DNA from: Eledone cirrhosa
Lineage: Eukaryota
Direction of reading: 5' to 3'
Length of the DNA stretch: 64,000 bases
Assembly: GCA_964016885.1 (NCBI GenBank)
Contig: OZ024743.1
Span: forward strand, 191,828,001-191,892,000
Both the position numbers and the translations under genes were made by a program. This document shows positions 61,524 through 64,000 of this stretch, one piece after another. How positions within the stretch are numbered: the first letter of the stretch is position 1; every line of letters starts with the position of its first letter. Below the pieces are notes generated by a model, which was given only the letters and a program-made list of their open reading frames with translations, searched no databases and had not been told where the DNA came from.

Positions 61524-61561
61524 ATCTTAACGTTTCCGACACTAGTCTTTCATCAGAAGAT
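61524..61561 (-). ncRNA. Minimal hammerhead-like motif
   Basis: ATCTT CTGATGA aa GAC tagt GTC g GAAAC GTT AAGAT; base of stem II imperfect; no loop 3 (ACGT palindrome). Confidence 0.6.
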
Positions 61562-62595
61562 AGAATGAGAAATAGAAGAGTAAATAGAAAGATAAAGAGT
61601 GCGAAGAGGAAGGGCCGGGGGGGGGGGATGAGAAAAAACACACGTGCTTATTCATTCAGCCAATATATACAGATATATGGATATATATATATATATATAT
61701 GCATATATGTGTGAAAATGTGTGTATGTTTGTGAGAGAGTGAGAGAGAGAGAGAGAGAGAGAAGTAAGATGAATGGAAGTAGAGAAAACGGAAATAATAA
61801 AAAAACCAAAGAGAAAAATTATATAAATTATTATATTAGACAGAAAAAATGTTTTGTTTTAGCCAAGCCAATACAAAAATTAAATAAATGCAGACGTCAA
61901 ACGTCAATGGTTATTTTAACTTATGAGTGTGATGGTATTCTGCCCTCGGGTAATTCGAAACTGAATAGATAACATAACAACTGAAGCCGTGTGAAGGCAA
62001 AGTTCTAGTAAATAAAACACCTAGTGTCTGGTTTCATAAAACAATCTGATAAAGTAACCAAGAAGCAAACAACAGATCACCCAAACAAATGGTCTCTGTC
62101 TCGTTTTTCTGTGTTAAACCAATAATATTTTATAATGAAGACCTTCAAATAATACAGAGGCTCGACCAAAACAAATGGCACCATTGCTCGAGAAAAACAA
62201 TATATTCCAATTAGCTTCCCCGTCATTAAATGATATTTTAGATTTTAAACTTAGGATTTCCAAGCTGTAAACAATAAAATATCAAAAATAAAAATAAATA
62301 AATGAAACAAAAAAAAAGACGAACAGTAAACACTGATGCTTTTAGAAATTGATTATAAAATTAGCAGACGAGAACATAAATTGTTGTTGCTATATTTCCT
62401 TTCAAGTTCATTTTAACGAGTCAATAGACAAAAAAAAAAAATGAAAGAAAAAGAAGACAATAAAAAACAGCACAAAAAAGCCTCTCCGAGGATATATAAT
62501 TAATGTCTTTGTTTATTTTCTAAAAATATAATGACAGTAGTCATGAATACTTCTCATTAGCTTAGTCACCTCTGCATCTAACAGTCCTACCTTAG

Positions 62596-62657
<62 letters not shown>

Positions 62658-62830
62658 GAGGTTATATTTAATTTGTTGGGATTCAATAAGCTTAAAAATG
62701 TTTATAACTGATATAAAGCACTCAACAGATAGATTAGTGGAGTAAATACACAATATATTAATAAAATAAATATTGTTTTATAAATATAGTTTCCATTTAT
62801 TAATATATTGTATATATATATATTTAAAGA

Positions 62831-62881
<51 letters not shown>

Positions 62882-62917
62882 CCGTGTTTAAGCGGTTTAG
62901 ATTCAGTATATTGTTCC

Positions 62918-63042
62918 ATTGCATGTCGTAAAAAGCGATTAAAAGGGTTAGTGTCAGGAATAGATACCAGCTATAAAGCATTGTCTAAAAGAAACTCCTG
63001 TCCAACCCATGCCAGCATTGAAAAGTCGAAATGATGATGATA
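62918..63042 (+). mobile_element. RTE/SINE-type 3' tail relic
   Basis: GCATGTCGTAAAAAGCGA and CCAACCCATGCCAGCAT..(ATG)n; recalled tail motifs, not verified. Confidence 0.45.
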
Positions 63043-63289
63043 ATATATTGATATTTATATATTTATTTCATTAGTTTCAACGTCTGTATAGAACTAGTAA
63101 GCCATCACAGACTGAGTGAAATATCTTACAGTTGAAAAAAGATAGACTGAGATAAGTGATTATAGAAATATATATATATATTAAATTTAAATAGGGAAGG
63201 CGAACGGGAGGCAAAATAAGCATAAAAAAAGATAAAGAAAAAATGGAAAACAAGGGCAGCTGTAAAACAGTTAGAAGAATCTGTTGTTT

Positions 63290-63600
63290 AATCTTTACAT
63301 AACATTCATGTACTCAAAGATTTTGTTTCTAATTAGTAAATCTTTAACGATATATTGTATCTCCAATTTGGAAGTCTTTTAATGATCGGCTTCAAGATGT
63401 CTTCTCTCTCAGACTGATAGTTTTTACATTGGAACAAATAGCACCAAAGAGTTTCTGGGATGTCAGTACATAGATATAGAAGTGATTCTCTACGACCACT
63501 CCGTGATAAAATATAGTTCAATAATATATGTCCAGTTCGAAGCCAGCATAGTCTTTTTTTTTAATTAATCTTCATTGCAAACTATCAAAATACATGTGGT
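63290..63600 (-). mobile_element. 3' relic of an I/Nimb-group LINE
   Basis: WLRTGHILLNYILSR..LCTDIPETLWCYLFQCKNYQSER resembles the RLRTGH..LN..C..ET..H....C..Y...R C-terminal motif. Confidence 0.6.
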
Positions 63601-64000
63601 GTAACCAGATAGCCTGTTCTAACAGTAGGATTAAATATATCTCTATTAAACGTATGGATATGATTCCATAAACATAACTAATATTAACCAACCCATATTA
63701 TATTGTTAAAGAAATTGTACTCTCGGGTCCCAAATAATGGGAGGGGGCTAGAACAAGCGGGGGGGGGGGAATCGGTAATTTTCTAGGTTGTGTTCGTTTA
63801 TTTCTTTTTTAATTAGAATTAGTCGTTCAGTTTACATATTGAGACCCCAACCCATCATATTTATTTTATAACGAATGGGATTTCTTGTAATGATCTTTTT
63901 TTTTTATCATGTATGTTTTTTTAATGTCTAAAGAAAATTAATTACAACAGGAATGCTACCACTTAAAATATAATTTCGCCGGAGATAGATTAGCAATATT

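Overview
Eukaryotic, very AT-rich, repeat-saturated window with no host gene I can support. The tRNA-derived SINE family and the kilobase (TA)n arrays suggest a cephalopod mollusc (inference). It contains degenerate L1/Tx1-like, CR1-like, RTE-like and I-group-like LINEs, about a dozen SINE copies, a probable non-autonomous Helitron, and at least five diverged Penelope-like (PLE) families, most with a C-terminal GIY-YIG domain. One PLE is near full length with direct pLTRs (19655-25155). The main signal is a dense set of minimal type I hammerhead ribozyme (HHR) motifs, found by eye. Four sit in a non-coding ~490-575 bp tandem repeat (29.9-33.2 kb). One sits in a 311 bp terminally redundant unit (18.1-18.5 kb) and shares the same loop 2 with a compensated stem. 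Two sit in a short dispersed family with a covarying stem II (10.1 kb, 35.1 kb), one at a PLE 3' end (29.8 kb) and one at 61.5 kb. A five-copy HHR-like variant lacking stem II lies in the PLE pLTR. Together these look like a cephalopod retrozyme/PLE system. All folds are manual and element boundaries are approximate.
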